In this document: one piece after another, positions 25,801-40,800 of the stretch
Numbering within the stretch: the first letter of the stretch is position 1
Layout: each line of letters opens with the position of its first letter
Assembly: GCF_000150275.1 (NCBI RefSeq)
Contig: NW_002060970.1
Coordinates: forward strand, 22,197 to 86,196
Direction: 5' to 3'
From: Trichoplax adhaerens
Lineage: Eukaryota; Animalia; Placozoa
DNA length: 64,000 nt
Program-made: the position numbers and the translations under genes
Notes under the pieces: model-generated
The model's database searches: none
What the model saw: only the letters and a program-made list of their open reading frames with translations
Told to the model about the DNA's origin: nothing

Positions 25801-28800
25801 ATTTAAATTTTCTGTCTTAAGAAGCAAAAGCAATGCTTGTCCTCTGTTATACTTTATGTCACAATCTTATAAACGCTATTTATACATATAGCTTAATTGC
25901 CCTATTGCTATTCTATGATAAGGAGTAACATATTTCTTTCTCTAATAAAGAAATGCTTACATCCCAATACATAAAATTAATCTATCTGACGTTTCTTACC
26001 TCCGCAAGAATATTTTCCTATTTGATAATGATATAAATTTAAAGATTAAAGATGCATTTGATTCTTATTGTCTGTTTCGCTAGTAAAAATTTCGATAATT
26101 GGCATACGTTTAATTACAGATATACTTCTTTTAACGATAAAAGCTTAAAAGATTTTTTTGTAGAGGATATGATTTATGCCTTATGCTTAAAAGGAATAAT
26201 AGAATATTTATTATATTTCAAATATACAGCTAGTATTTTAATAGCTATTATGCAGGACATTTAAATGTAGCTGTAACGGTTAACTGGATATATGACTGTA
26301 GTTAGCTATCTAAAATACAAACCACAATAGCAGGCTATTACCATTTTGCTTTAGATTGTAATTATAATATATTACAAGATCATAGAATTCATTTTTGAAT
26401 AGCTCAAATCTATTAATTTTAAATAAGTGCTGAGAATATGAGTAACTGAACATTAATATATTTTTCCTTGAATTCATTTTAAATCTAAAATCTTTAGCTA
26501 TTCACGGCTTACAGTAGTATTGGACTTATGAAAAATTCCTATAAATCAAAATTTTATAAAATAATCTATTGCTATTTAAAATTATTAGCCTAAAATTTCA
26601 ATTTCAAGCGATTATTTCCGATTAGCATAGCATTATGTAAGAATTAAATATACATGTCGTTAATTGAAATTCTAATATTTCGTAATCTTATCATTATTAT
26701 GTATTTCAATCGCATTTTCTAGATTGCCATCTTACAACTTCCGGGTAAGCAAATTTAATTTTCTTACTAACAATGTATTCTTATGATTAGTAAATAATTT
26801 TTAGATAGCTATTAGATTAATTGCGTTGCATAATTCTTACGATTTTAATCATTAAATGCTAATACATTAATCATGACTGCAAATTTTATTGCAAATCTAA
26901 AACGTCTGCAAAATATCCATAAATTTTATTCTGTGATCAGCCAAAAAATATATAAAATGGTTATTATTAAATTGCTTGCTTTATAATTATTAACATTTTA
27001 ATCAATACAATAGAAGTCATTCCCTATATTAGCTATGTTAGTATAATGATCGAGTAATAGTCTTCCGCTATTACTGTTGGTTCACCTACGTACCCAAAAT
27101 TTAGCCAACTATTGTACCGCTGCAACTAGGTGAGATCATTAAAGCTAATAAATGTTAGAAAGAATAATGATGCCACAAACTCTTAGTTTTGGTGTGTTAC
27201 TTCCTAAAATGGTTGTTGTATAAATCAACAATGACTATTGCTATGTTTTTATCCAAAATATCCGTGAAGATATTATATTTCTAACAATTGGCTTCTTATC
27301 TGTAGTTGCGTAATTTTAAAAGTCATTGTAAAAAACAGATAGATATATATTTTAACAAATAGAGTTAGGATCAACAATGCAAGGTCAAAGTACAGTCGAT
27401 TGTACATTATTTCTTTTCTAGATTGAATTTTTCTTATTTTAGTGATATCTCTTTGCCAGTATAAAAGCTAGCTGGAGGCATTTATATTTTATCTAAATTT
27501 CAATTAGCATTTCTTTAATTTCCGTCAACCATAAGCAATCGAGCAGCATCGTTTGATCTCGACACGAGCGATACGTTACAAGCAGTATTGAATAAATCTC
27601 TGCCTTTGGTATAATAATCAATCCAAAGATTACATTAATTAATTATGTTCATATTAGCTATAAGGTTTTAAAAATCATTTAATATGCAGATATGTAAAGA
27701 TTTGTTCGTCATAGAATAGGCAAATATTAATGTCTTTTGAATTCTCCGATTAGACAATCAAACCTTATTATAAACACTCTTTAGTATTCGATTGTCCGTT
27801 TCCATGATACCCTAGTGAACAATGATTTCTGATTAAATTATATAAGAATAATAAATATCGATGTTTGTACTGCAGTTACATAGCTATAATACCATGAATA
27901 CCTAGTGTTATCGCGTGTAAGGAAAAAGAAATTAATAACGATCAAATTAGTGAATTTTTTGTCAAGAAACTTGATATATATTGTGTGCTAAATATATTGG
28001 TATATATTCGAATAAAGCTGACGCTATGAGTAATAGTAGAAGTGACAACTACTATTACTGGAGGATAGTTTCGAGCGTACAGTTTATTAAAGCATATACC
28101 GTAATTTATAGGATTTCCGAGCTCTATATTAGATAGTTATATTCCATATGTTATGTTTGACTACATTATGTGAGAGTATCATGAGATAAAGTATAATGTC
28201 GAACTGCCTGCTTTTCTAACATGTAAACCATTACTTATACCATAAAGAATTAAGTACCTATTTCATCATCTTCCCTTTGATATTTTTTCTCCATATTTGC
28301 GGCGAACCTCATTTAGATTACATTTCTAAATTAAAGATATTTTTACTATATACTAAATAGCCTTAATATATGGTAAATAATATCGTTGCTTTCTTAAAAT
28401 AAGTACATTATCAGCTTTACTGTATATAGTCATTTTTGAAATTGATGTTGGTAAAATTAAAAATTTTAAGCAATTCTTAAAGCTATTGATAACTTAGTTA
28501 AGATTGAACTAACTCTTTGATCTTCTTGATAGAATTTGCTACTACTTCCTGTCCTCCAGGTTGGAAATTATATGAAAAGCAATGCGTTGGCCAAATTGCA
28601 TTGCTTAAAACTTATGATGACGCACGGCTATATTGTCAACGATCTATGAACGCTGACCTAGTTGTTATTGACAGTCAAACAAAGGAAACATTTATGGAAA
28701 CTTATGTAGCAAGCACTTACTCAGGTGCAAGCTGGATAGGATTAAAAGATATGACAGGCGATAATAATAAAAACAGCCATATATGGTTGCCTATCAATAA

Positions 28801-31800
28801 GTCAGTAACTGATGTGGGCTACAGTAATTGGCATCCATTAGAACCCAATGTGCTGTCACATTTTTGCATCATATTGTACATGGATGGTACGCCTGAATGG
28901 AGAGATCGAAATTGCTACGACAAGTATTACTTTATATGCGAGAGACGTAAGAGAAGACTATAATGTCGAGTTATGCTAGACAGATTACATTACTTGCAGT
29001 TACTACTATGATTAGGAGTTGTTAAAATCTTTATAATTTTTTAAATGCCTTCCCGATATTTCTATAACAGCTTTCATATCAGATGCAACTGATAAGACCA
29101 AAACAGATTCGATGCCAATCAATAATTACAGACGCAATCTCGAAGGTGCCTGCTAACTAATTTATTTAATTAAAATTTTATTATACGAGTATTACAAAAG
29201 GTAGTAGATTAGCAAAGTTACCCATAGAATTATAAACTTATAATCTTAATGTCGATAATATATTGCTATTATAAATTAAACGATCTCAAATCTTATGGCC
29301 AAGACTTGATATTTAATTTACAGATTTAAAATTATCCGAGTCTGCTTCTTTGGTTTCTTTATCTTCATCAATAAAGCATCCTCCGGATAAAGGTAAGTGA
29401 TAATGGGATAAATACCACGCTTGAGGACAATCGCGCATATCGTCTGTATGATAGATTTTGCGGGGTTTCTTGCCTCTATCTTGTAACGGAAGTGTTCATT
29501 ACCGGCAGCTGATAATTAGAGTCGAAATAAAAGTAAAACTTTCCAGTAATTAGAAACAAGGGCGGTTTAGCTTTACCAAAAAATTGCCTTACTTTGATTT
29601 AAATCTATGGATACTTACTGATTAAGCTAACAATTTTGATCTGATGAAACAATTAATAGAGCTTATTTATTGGAATATATATTATCCCATGTAGATGTTG
29701 CATTGCAAACTGAAAAGCTGAGTATGTATGAGGCTCCGACGGTAGCAACATCCTTAGCAGGTTAGCAAACAAAAATGAAGGAAAATTCCTTCTAACTAAA
29801 GTGAAATCAGCTAATTAAAGAATTTCCAGTTACGAACAATTTAAACTTCAATTCATGATTGTTCATTCTTTTCTATAGTCCCAATTATGCAAACAATTGA
29901 ATCGTTTGCTAATGATTTTAGGCAATCAACGACAATACCAACAGGTATACGAGCATGACCTTATATTGATGTTTACTTAAACTGCGATTTTAGAGTTTAT
30001 TTAACTTTGCATTGTCCATGGTGCACCAATTAACGCCTTTATTTAAAAAATTTCGTTAATAAATACGAAAGTAACATTGCTACATAGATCTTAAGTTACA
30101 AAAAATAGACTAGTATCGAAAATATTTGTCATTAATACAGGCAACGTTAGCACACTAGGCCTCTTCGATAAAACATTCTTTTTGAAAAGAAGAAATTTGA
30201 AAGCTAGTGCTGCCTTAACTAATATTTTTATAATAATTAACGATATAATAAAAAGTATTTTGCTCAGATTTTAACCTGCAGGCTTCAATTATCAGCTCAA
30301 AAGATTTCGATAAAGCGACGTCGGCTAGGCTAGGTAGTTGAAATACTGTAGAGCAATGTCAAAGTTCGCTTCGGAAGTAAAAGTTAAATTTTTATCTTAG
30401 AATAAGAGCTAAAAATATAGATTAGATTAATTTTAATATACTAGTAAACTTTATTAGTTACTTTTGTTTCATTGTCAGATATCAGTTTAAATTTAAAATC
30501 AATTATTTACGTAAATATTTTACTATTATACGAATATGTACGTATTATATCAAAATTTTATTGTATCAGATTATGAGCATAAAAACAATAAGAAAACTTC
30601 TGAAAAATGATGTATTCCTTCCTCTCTATGATCTCTAATTCAGGCAATATGCAGACCGTTGAAGACGAAATCATACAAACATCACCAACCGTAGCAGGTA
30701 GATGAACTGATTAGTAATCTAAGAATTTAAGCTATTCGTTGCTATTATCAATCGAATCATTTTAAACTTGAGCTTATAAAAATTTTACGAAACCAATGAC
30801 AAAATATAGAAATATAAAATTATAGCATAGTAAAGAATTCATATAACTTACCATGGTACAAGAACTTGAGTGAATTATAATTTGAGGAATGATCTTCACG
30901 GGATACTTGGATGAACTATGTCGCTCTAGCTTTTATCTGTATTCTATACCAAAGCAGAGATTGATCTTAATAAATCTAATTCATTTATCTTCGATTATCA
31001 AATTTTGTTATGGTAGTACATCATTACTCTACAGCAATAAAATGTTTCTGCTAGACAATGGGTGAATGAATTAAAACAAATGGGACAAATATGAAGTGTC
31101 TGTACTTAATCAATATCGAGACTTTACGGGAATACCTCATTTAATTAATATTTATACTCTGAAAGGAATTTAAATTTATTAGAATTCAGAAAGTGCAACA
31201 TATTGGATAACAGATATTTGATAACGAAAAATCCCCAATAGATACCACGTTACAGCTATATTTAACCCGTATTTAAATAAATTCTTTACTTAGTGGCTAT
31301 GAAGTTTATTTAGTAATAGGATTAATAAACTGAAAATTTATTAATTACTTTCATATAGACTAAAATATAGGGCTATTACTAATAAATCTATTAAGCAGCT
31401 CTAGTTTTAAAACTTTATCAAGAAATTTAGCATAGGTTTGAATCCTACAAATTAGAGCCAAATTACCAACGATAAGCCAAGATAGGAAGTAGAATGAATT
31501 TAAAGAATTAGAGCTATTCTCGATAAATAACTATTAGCCAAAGTTGTTACGGATACAAAGCATACCTATTCGCCGTTTCATTTGTTAGATATAACTGGAC
31601 TTTAGCACGTATTTACTATAACTAAATTTCCCAGAAGATCTGTTTATTGTTTAAATTCAGATTTTTAGCAAATACTTTATTAGACTTGCCACAAAAATAT
31701 TTAGGCTAGAGATAATTTATTTCTGTAGAATTTATTACTAAATACTCGCTATAATCGAAATTCATCGTTTCGATAAACTAATTTATCAATCTTGAATTCT

Positions 31801-34800
31801 GAAGGTGACAGTAAACTTGAAAAAACAAAATAGTTACAAGCGCTTCAAAATTGATTTAATGTAAATGCTTTGGTTTTAGAGTATCAACTTGAGCTGACTT
31901 TACCAGTTCCTCATCATCTTGGAGGGCGGTTTCTGCAGGCGATAAATCTTTTAAATATGTATTGGATTATGATTATAAGCCAAAATTAAACCTAAAATTT
32001 ATTTTATAATCTCATGGGAGAATCAATTCCTTGTTGACGTCAAAATTTCGCACATTGTCTACGCGATATAAATCAGGCTATTAGGATTGCTAATTAGCTG
32101 ATTAATGTACTTACGAACTATAGTAAATCAACAAGGCTAATAGTTACTCGATTGCTACTGACCTTAATTTTATACTTAAGCAGACTCGCATAGGTGTCGT
32201 TGATACGTCCATAGCCTGTAAAAATTGATTTATTTAGAAGAAGTAACTGATTGCGCAATGTATCCTATCACAAAACAGCTTTTCAACAAGATAACATAAT
32301 GTACGATTAATAAGTCAAGTCCTTGAACCAATGTATCAAGGAATGATATCTGCACTATCAGGAACACTTTTGCTCTACTAGTAGACTACACAAAGACATA
32401 GACGCCTCGTATTTTACGTTAAACACCAAGTTTAAGAATTAACTTTATTACCCGATATATTGCGTTTATACATACTCTTCCTCAATAGTTCATGAGTCAT
32501 AGTTAGTACGGTTAACTTTGGAATCATTCTCTGAATTAGACACTCATTTTACCTACTGCTCTCTAATGCAGACAACAGTATAGCCAGATTACGATATGCC
32601 CTATCATGGGACAATTCTGCGATAATTTACAATCTACCATAAGCAAGTTACAATCACAATGATTCGAAATTAGAAGTTTACTAGATAAGGATAGGCTAAC
32701 AAAATTATCCTAACATAGATATTTCTACTTTAATACAGTATATAAAACTGTCACGTATACACTTCATCATACTATGAAGTATTTACACCTTATTTCGTAA
32801 TAATAATAGCTTATCTAACATTCTCCAATTTAAAAATTATTTTTTGTTAATTTTCCGTACAATTCATTTCCCATTAAGAGAATCACTTTTCGCAACAAAG
32901 GATTGATTCCGATAATGGGTCCACATTAGGTATTGCTATAGCAAGTTGATTAGTGCTGACTTGTAGATATTAATTACTTCATACTTCACTAACCTTGATC
33001 AGTTTTATATTTCATGTAACCGTACCTTACCCACTTGGTGCTATAGATTTAAAGAAAAGTTCATTTGTGTTATAGCCAATATAGTAGAGAGTTGATAACA
33101 AATCAAAAATTGCTGAAATATCATCAAATATCCTCTATAAGCATATCGAAATGTCTAGTATCACTAAAGATACTTGTTTTACATGTGATTAGGTTATTCC
33201 TTGAGCACCTTTTCATCATCCCTTCCGATATCGGAGAAAGCAGTCATGAAGCCATCTTATTCGATTAATATCCGTAAGCAATTTATTCCTTTCGATGGAC
33301 ATAATACTAATATTGCTCGATTCATTCCATCTAATTATGGTATGCTAAATAAACAGAGGAACAGCTGCAGACGCCAATCGCAAATTTTAGTAATATTCTC
33401 GAAAATTCATTCCCGTCCACTATTTCGGCTGGAAGTAAGTGTACTGGTTTCAAAAATTAGATTACTAGCCGTAAGGAATATAGTCGGATTCAAGAAATAA
33501 TATAATATTATACATAGATCTCCGCATTATCGCTAGCATGACTCAATCAGAAATAGAATTTGAGGAACAAATTATTTATAATTCCGTCCAATCAGGTAGT
33601 GTATACCATTAGCTTCTAATGGTAAACAAAATCAATACAATATCACGGACATCACTCCGTGGCAGTCAGCTATTTAAACATTCACGGTAGTTGGTACCGT
33701 AACACTGATATTTAACTTAAATTTTTGCGATTCATCAGACAATAAAGCAATATTTTTATAGAAGCATCATCTGCTGTTTAATAAGCTAATAAATGGATTA
33801 TAACAACTGCCTTACTATATAGCCATTTATAATCTTAAAACGAATTTCGAATTCTTTTTAATAATTCAGAAAACTTTCAGATGGGATCTACAGTATTTAG
33901 TAGCGAAGAAATCAATTTAACTTCGGAAGTATGGTCAAAATCTATATTTCAAGGTATTAAAAAAACAACTGCTAAAGCACAAGATAGTATTGCAGTTAAA
34001 TTACCGGAATACATGTAAATAGAATTAAAATATTGCCATTCTGTTTTCATATCAATTTACAATCCTCTTGAAAGAGTGATAACCAAGGTCAATGACAGTC
34101 AATATCGTTTTCTACTTTTGATAGTTAAAATTATTCAAATAAAATATTAATTGCTCCTTTTTGGCTGCGTTATAACCAAGAAATATAATTGCAATCGTAA
34201 TTCTATAAAAAAGTATTTAAATCTGTTTACCACGGCAACAATTGCTTTAAGATACTTTATTGCCATATTTTTGAAATAGCTACAGATGAACAACATATCT
34301 TACGAACTTCGGTCTGAAACTATCAAAATATAAATTTTATCTAATTCTCCACTTATTACCCTATAAATCCTTCAGATTAGACATATTCGAACTATAACAC
34401 GAAGGTGATAGTGTTTAATTGATTTTCATGCTTATGTTCTAACAGAATCTGAGCCATCAGTACAGACATCACCATTACTGTTTTCATCCATAGCAAATGA
34501 CATGCCTAAAGATTCCGTAATTTTATACGAACTTCTGCCTTCCCTACTTTCCGAGATTAGTGGTAAAGATAGCCATATTTACACCATTTATAAAAATGGA
34601 AGTACTCAATAATAACGATAACACGTAACTCTTAAAGGCGATTGTCGAAATAGTAATTGGCCTTTACTGACTTTAAATTTATATGATAAAGTTGGAACGA
34701 GTTTGTGTAATTATAGCAAAAATTATCCGTTTCTAATTAAACATTAAATAGATTTTTATTGTAGTAGTAGCTCTTATTATGGTACAAGATCAGTCTCGAT

Positions 34801-37800
34801 CATGTTTTCATATTGCTTCAGATGAACAATTGGACATTATCTCTCAGCCACAAGTTTCGAGTCGTAAATTTATTATTACGAGTTGGCTAGAACATTCTCA
34901 AATAGATATTAAAGAATCTATGCTATCAATGAGTATGTTGGCATGGTATTAAAATTAAATTTGCAACCTAGATATTAGACATGACCGTAATTTTGTTCTG
35001 TTAACGAATAGATGATGTTATTATGAATGAAGTGAAGATTTTTACATCCCCCGACATATCAGTATCGAATCAAAGTCTTCAAGATTTAGCTGCAGAATCG
35101 ATTCACTTGCAAAAAGGTAAGATTACGTTCATCACATTATTGTATGTAGTAGACTGAAGCAATTAAAATTAAGCACAAGATTAACAAAGCTATCGACCAC
35201 TAGATGCTTTACTGAAGTATTATCTAGTGATTTATACTAAAGCTATGTCAGGAATCACTAATAGCGACGAGCTATTACAATTATCATCATGGTCTAGCCT
35301 ATTTATAGACGAAAAGCAAAAGTTAGATGATTTCATGTTGACATCTGCGCCACTATCGCAACGTACTTGAATTTTCCTTTAAGAAAAATTTAATCTCATA
35401 ATCTCATAATAGTATTTGATCAATTAATATTAAAAATGGGTACAATTATTTGCAGACAATTTCTTTTCTAGCTCTCTTATTAAAGTAACTCCTTCGCTTT
35501 CTGGTTAGTAATCAACATTTGTATTATGATACTGAGTAGATCTACAGCAGTAAATAGAGTTAATGACTTCCGAAAGCAATGCAATACTGATACAATTTTA
35601 ATATCAGTTATCGATCTTAGAGGCTGACTATTTGCAACGATCCTTAATCATCTGCTGCAGATTTTTATTTCAGAATCAATTCCTATATTATCACATAGTT
35701 TAAGTTATGATGTCGTTGTTAGCTATATGTGTATTCTAGATTAAGGATAAGCCTGATATTAGATTCGTAAGGACATATTATAAATACTAACGTGCATTAC
35801 TTATATTGCATCAATCAAAGAGATTACTACGTTCATGACGAATAGTACAAAATAAGAACGCAGTGTGTTAGCTATATTACTTAAAGCCCTACTCTTAAAG
35901 ATTATTACTTCGGAGGAAAATATATGTCCGTATTTTAGTCATTAAATACGCATGCAGGTTCTAAACCTTATTTATTGCTGGCTCAGCATACTAAACTACA
36001 AAATTTCACTTCGCAATAGTGCTATAATTAGTTGACTAGAGCTTTAAGTAATCAAATAAATTTTAATTTTATCATAACTTAATTTAATCTAGATGCAACT
36101 ATTTCACCGGAATTACGTACTCAAGAGCCAATGTTTTCTCTGAAATCAAGCCTAGATCTTACAAATCAGCTAGATTTATCTGGTAAAATTATTGAAAGAC
36201 GAGTTACTATAAAATAAATAATCTATCCAATCAAGCTTATCCATTTTTTGCTAATATCATCAACTGAATATTTTCTAAAATTTCTGCTGTCTACCTAATC
36301 AGAAGTATCACTAGTATCTAATATCGATTCAGTGGCTATTTTCTCAGAAGCAGACGGAGTTGATGGTAGGTGATAGTTCATTAAATAATTTTGAATTCGT
36401 TTGAAGTCATAGCACTTTTTCGAGCGATTTCATAGTCTGGACGAATAATTTATACTAAGACTACGAAATATTCTAAGAATTAGTTCTTTAAAATTATGTT
36501 TCGTCACGATGAGGTAAGATTTGTTATCGTAATTTAATTCTATTTTAGTTATAACAATTTCATCAGAATTAACTGTACAAGAACCACCAATGAATTTCCC
36601 GAAATCAAGCCTAAATCTAGCTGATAAGCCAGATTTATCAGGTAAATTATTGATAGCTGAATTACTATAAAATAAATAATCCTTGCTATTAAAGCTCATC
36701 TGTTTTTAGTTAATAATATAATTTACTTAAAAAATTTCTAAAATTTCTCCTATTTGCAGTACTAGAAGTATCTAATATCTATTCAATGACTATTTTCTCA
36801 GAAATAAACAAAGTCGAAGGTAGGTTGCAGTTCCCTAAGTAATTTCGAATTTCTTTGAGATACAGCAATTTCTCATGTAGCTTGATAATCTAGACGAATA
36901 ACTTACTCATAGATTACGAAATAGTGTAAAAATTAGCTGTTTAGAATCATAAATGGTCATGATGATGTGGTCTATTANNNNNNNNNNNNNNNNNNNNNNN
37001 NNNNNNNNNNNNNNNNNNNNNNNNNNNNNNNNNNNNNNNNNNNNNNNNNNNNNNNNNNNNNNNNNNNNNNNNNNNNNNNNNNNNNNNNNNNNNNNNNNNN
37101 NNNNNNNNNNNNNNNNNNNNNNNNNNNNNNNNNNNNNNNNNNNNNNNNNNNNNNNNNNNNNNNNNNNNNNNNNNCCTTCTACAGCAGCTAACATTCACGA
37201 GTTATCTTATAAAAATACTTAGGTGAGAACATCTATTAACTAGTTTTTCACAGTCGGACTACAATATGTCCATTCACAGAATCATTTCAGTACACATTAC
37301 AGCACAGCATTAAATTTACTGTAACACATTTATAATTAAAGTAATTCCTATTGTAAGGAACTAGATGTAATATATTATCACTATATTATATTAACCAAAT
37401 TTAGATATCTATTTCTTCACGGTAGTTCGTACCGTGACATCATCATATATTTAATAGTAAATTAAAAAATAGTGTTATATTCTTTACAACTTCAAAGAAA
37501 ATTTACGATTATGCCAAATAGATCATGAAGACTTATCGAGTGTTACTGTGGATGCAGACGCACGCTTAATATTAACAGAAATCATTCAGCTACAGAATCC
37601 AACTGCTGATCTACAGTCCGAGCTTGGTGATATTCAAAGTCAGTCTTGGCCTTTACTAACCGACTTAAGCTGTGATCTTGATATAGATAAACGTGTTTAC
37701 TGGTCAGATATTCTACAAATGCAGCCATCATCAAGTTCTTGCATAATTTCTATTTTAGAATCAAGTATGGACTCTGCCGGTGATGTGTGTGATCAAGCAA

Positions 37801-40800
37801 ATAATTGTCCTGAATACTATACGACCTTACCCAGTCAACAAGAGCCTGATTGTTCGACAATTAATCCTCTAAAGTCTCCAATCAAGAATTCTATCAGTAA
37901 TTTATCCTCTAGAACTCTATACGGTAACTAAAATAACATTAGAATTTTCAGTAACTACCGCGTGAGCTAACGCTTAGTAATGTTTTGATTTTATTTTTAA
38001 CTTTCATTTTCTTTTCCGATACGATTTTATAAATAAAAAAATATTATTCAAGATACAACCTTGGATATGACTTACAGAACACCTACCCCAAGTTCAACAA
38101 CAAAGTACATCACTCAAAGAAAGAATACTGGGGTAACAGTAATATATAATATTAGCCACTTCATTTCCTATAAAATTATTTATTCTTATTTGGAAGTAGA
38201 AATTAAATATATTAAATGCCAAGCATTAATAATTTAAACTTTTTTCACCAGCATGCTACATCGACATTTAATGGTAGCCAAGCCAATCAGATTCTAGCCT
38301 CATTTAATCAAAATATAAGCAAAACCACTGTGAACACAGCAAAAGTTCTAGGATATAGTCGAACATTGCATGAAATCATAGATAAAATAGATATGAAATC
38401 TTTATCTACAGCAGAAACGACAGATTTATCGGAGGTTTCATCACTAAATTAATCACAATTTTCCTGTAATCAAATGCTATAGTACCGGTATTAGATATCG
38501 TTATAATAATTTAATGTTTTCCATTTGTTTACTTCTAGTTCGTAGTTAAAATAGTTAAAAAGCTGGTAACTGCTGGAATAAATGGTAGTAATCAGGTAGA
38601 ACATTGGAATTCCTAAAGATTTAAGATGTGACGTATAACGCCATATTTGTATACCAACACAAGCTCTACACTTAAAAATTATTATGCAGAAATAATGTTT
38701 CGATGAAATTTTTACCATTAAACTAAACTTCTTTTTTTTTTGAATAATTCTATTCGATTTCTTATTTACTAACATTCAAATATTACAATTCAACTTAAAG
38801 GATAAAATAGCATCAGATTATATGCAATTACTGGATCACTATTTTTTACGGGTTGCTGAGAAATTATCATACGGGGAAACATTTAATTTTACGGACGTAG
38901 AAACAGGTAATTTACAATTATGCCTAAAATTATTTTTTTTAGAAAATATAAAAGGTCCCATGAGTTAAATAGGAATAAATATATATAAAAATTATACATA
39001 GTGTACGTATAAATATATACAAAAAGTAAGGTAGTTATTTATTTCATAACATATACGTATAAATTTTCATAGACATTTATTCTTTGAATTACGAATTATT
39101 CCATTCAACATCTAAAATAGATTAGATTGACTTTAAAATAAAATTTACCTTGTGCTTACATTTTACGTTTTAGGCGATGTTACTATGGTCATATCTGTTC
39201 AACAAGTAGAAGCTTACAATTCGACCAACTATGAATTTGTCTTTAACTCTAAATCAGCTCTTCGAAAATCGGACGATGTATTAATAAATTTATCTAATAT
39301 TATGTTTCGAAAAAGTAAGTTCAAGCTTTAACAATATCTATCGAGTTTCGGCGGATTGTTTATAATCATTTATTCATTAAATGTTTGACACCTTGTAAAC
39401 AAATATTTTTTCATTCGTATTATAGATGAAACCGTTAAAATTATTGCCGGTATCTATTGGTTCCTGCAAGATACTGTAGCACGCGTTAATGATCAATTGT
39501 AATTTCTAAAATCTATATTTTTATTTATTGAATGGTATTTTAAACATCAGGCTGATATAGGTTTTTCTAATCATATTTAGAACTTTATCCTCGGATATTA
39601 TATCCTGCAAAATAGAACCTTATCCTGTCTTTCAGGATAACGCAATTTTTCAATATCATGTTTCTTATCCAAATAAAGCCTCAAAGGTAAGACTTTTGAA
39701 AAGACTATTGAAGATAAAAACATTTATTATGAAAGGTTTCTACGACAGCTGCTTTGCTTTACATGACTAGTATTTTACGTTAGTTGCATAGCATTGAATC
39801 ACAAACTAATTAACAAAATTTTATTTTATTAACTTATATGATATTAAAATAAATTACATTGATAAGTTAATAAGGTTATAGTAGACTAATGTCAATTTCT
39901 GTGAGCTTAGTAGATTAATTTGATTTCTTTCTGGTTTAAATCTACCCCTTAACTTATCCAGAATAGTGGAAATAATTGGAAGTGCATGTACTGGGACTTG
40001 CAATCAAGGTACAGTAAGATTGTTCTCTGAAGATAAAAAAATGCCAAAGCTGTATCGCCTTTCGATTAAAACACAGGAATTAGATTATATTTGCTACGCT
40101 ATTTACTATCCTTGCTATTTTTTACCTATTTCTTCTTATTTAGGAGTTGGAATAATACTGGCTGTACCACGAACTTAAACTTGAATAAAGTCGTTTGTGT
40201 ATGCAATCATTTAACTCATTTTGCTTTGCTATTACAGATTAAAGTAAGTCATGGATAAATTGCCTTAATGAATTTCTTTAAGCTTTATAAATTGATTCAT
40301 ACAAATACAGTTTTGAGAGCTAGTAACTGAAAAATGTTAAGATTCTTGATTATCACAATTAGAGAGTGGTGAATTACAAAATTACTTGAAAGGATTAGTT
40401 TGCTATTATTTTTTTGCAGATTTATATTGTTTTATACAGAGTGAAGCTAAGTTAGTATGATACATCTTCAAAATTAATCAGGAAATATCACCGTTATTTC
40501 AGTGCTAATAGCAAAAAATAAGTAAAATATTCAATATGAAACTTCTATGGTATAAGTTAGTTATACTTAAATATTTTCTGATCATTCTTCATTATTACGT
40601 ACATATAATGGATGACATCTATAAACTCAAGAAAACTCAAATTTTTGTTGATGTAGTGGTAACAAATTTGCATATTTGACTTCATTTTCCTCATTATTTT
40701 CACTATTTTTGTTGTATGGTTGTCATTAGATTCGCATTAATACCACCTTGCTTAACGCTATCAACACTATAACATATGGTTGCTTGGGAACATCAGTCAC

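Noticed and set aside
19850-28500. Short ORFs at 19829, 21996, 23772 and 26052
   Set aside because: Low-complexity AT-rich intergenic or intronic frames with no domain or splice support.
36907-37222. ORFs spanning N runs (also 18526-18747)
   Set aside because: Artefacts of translating through assembly gaps.
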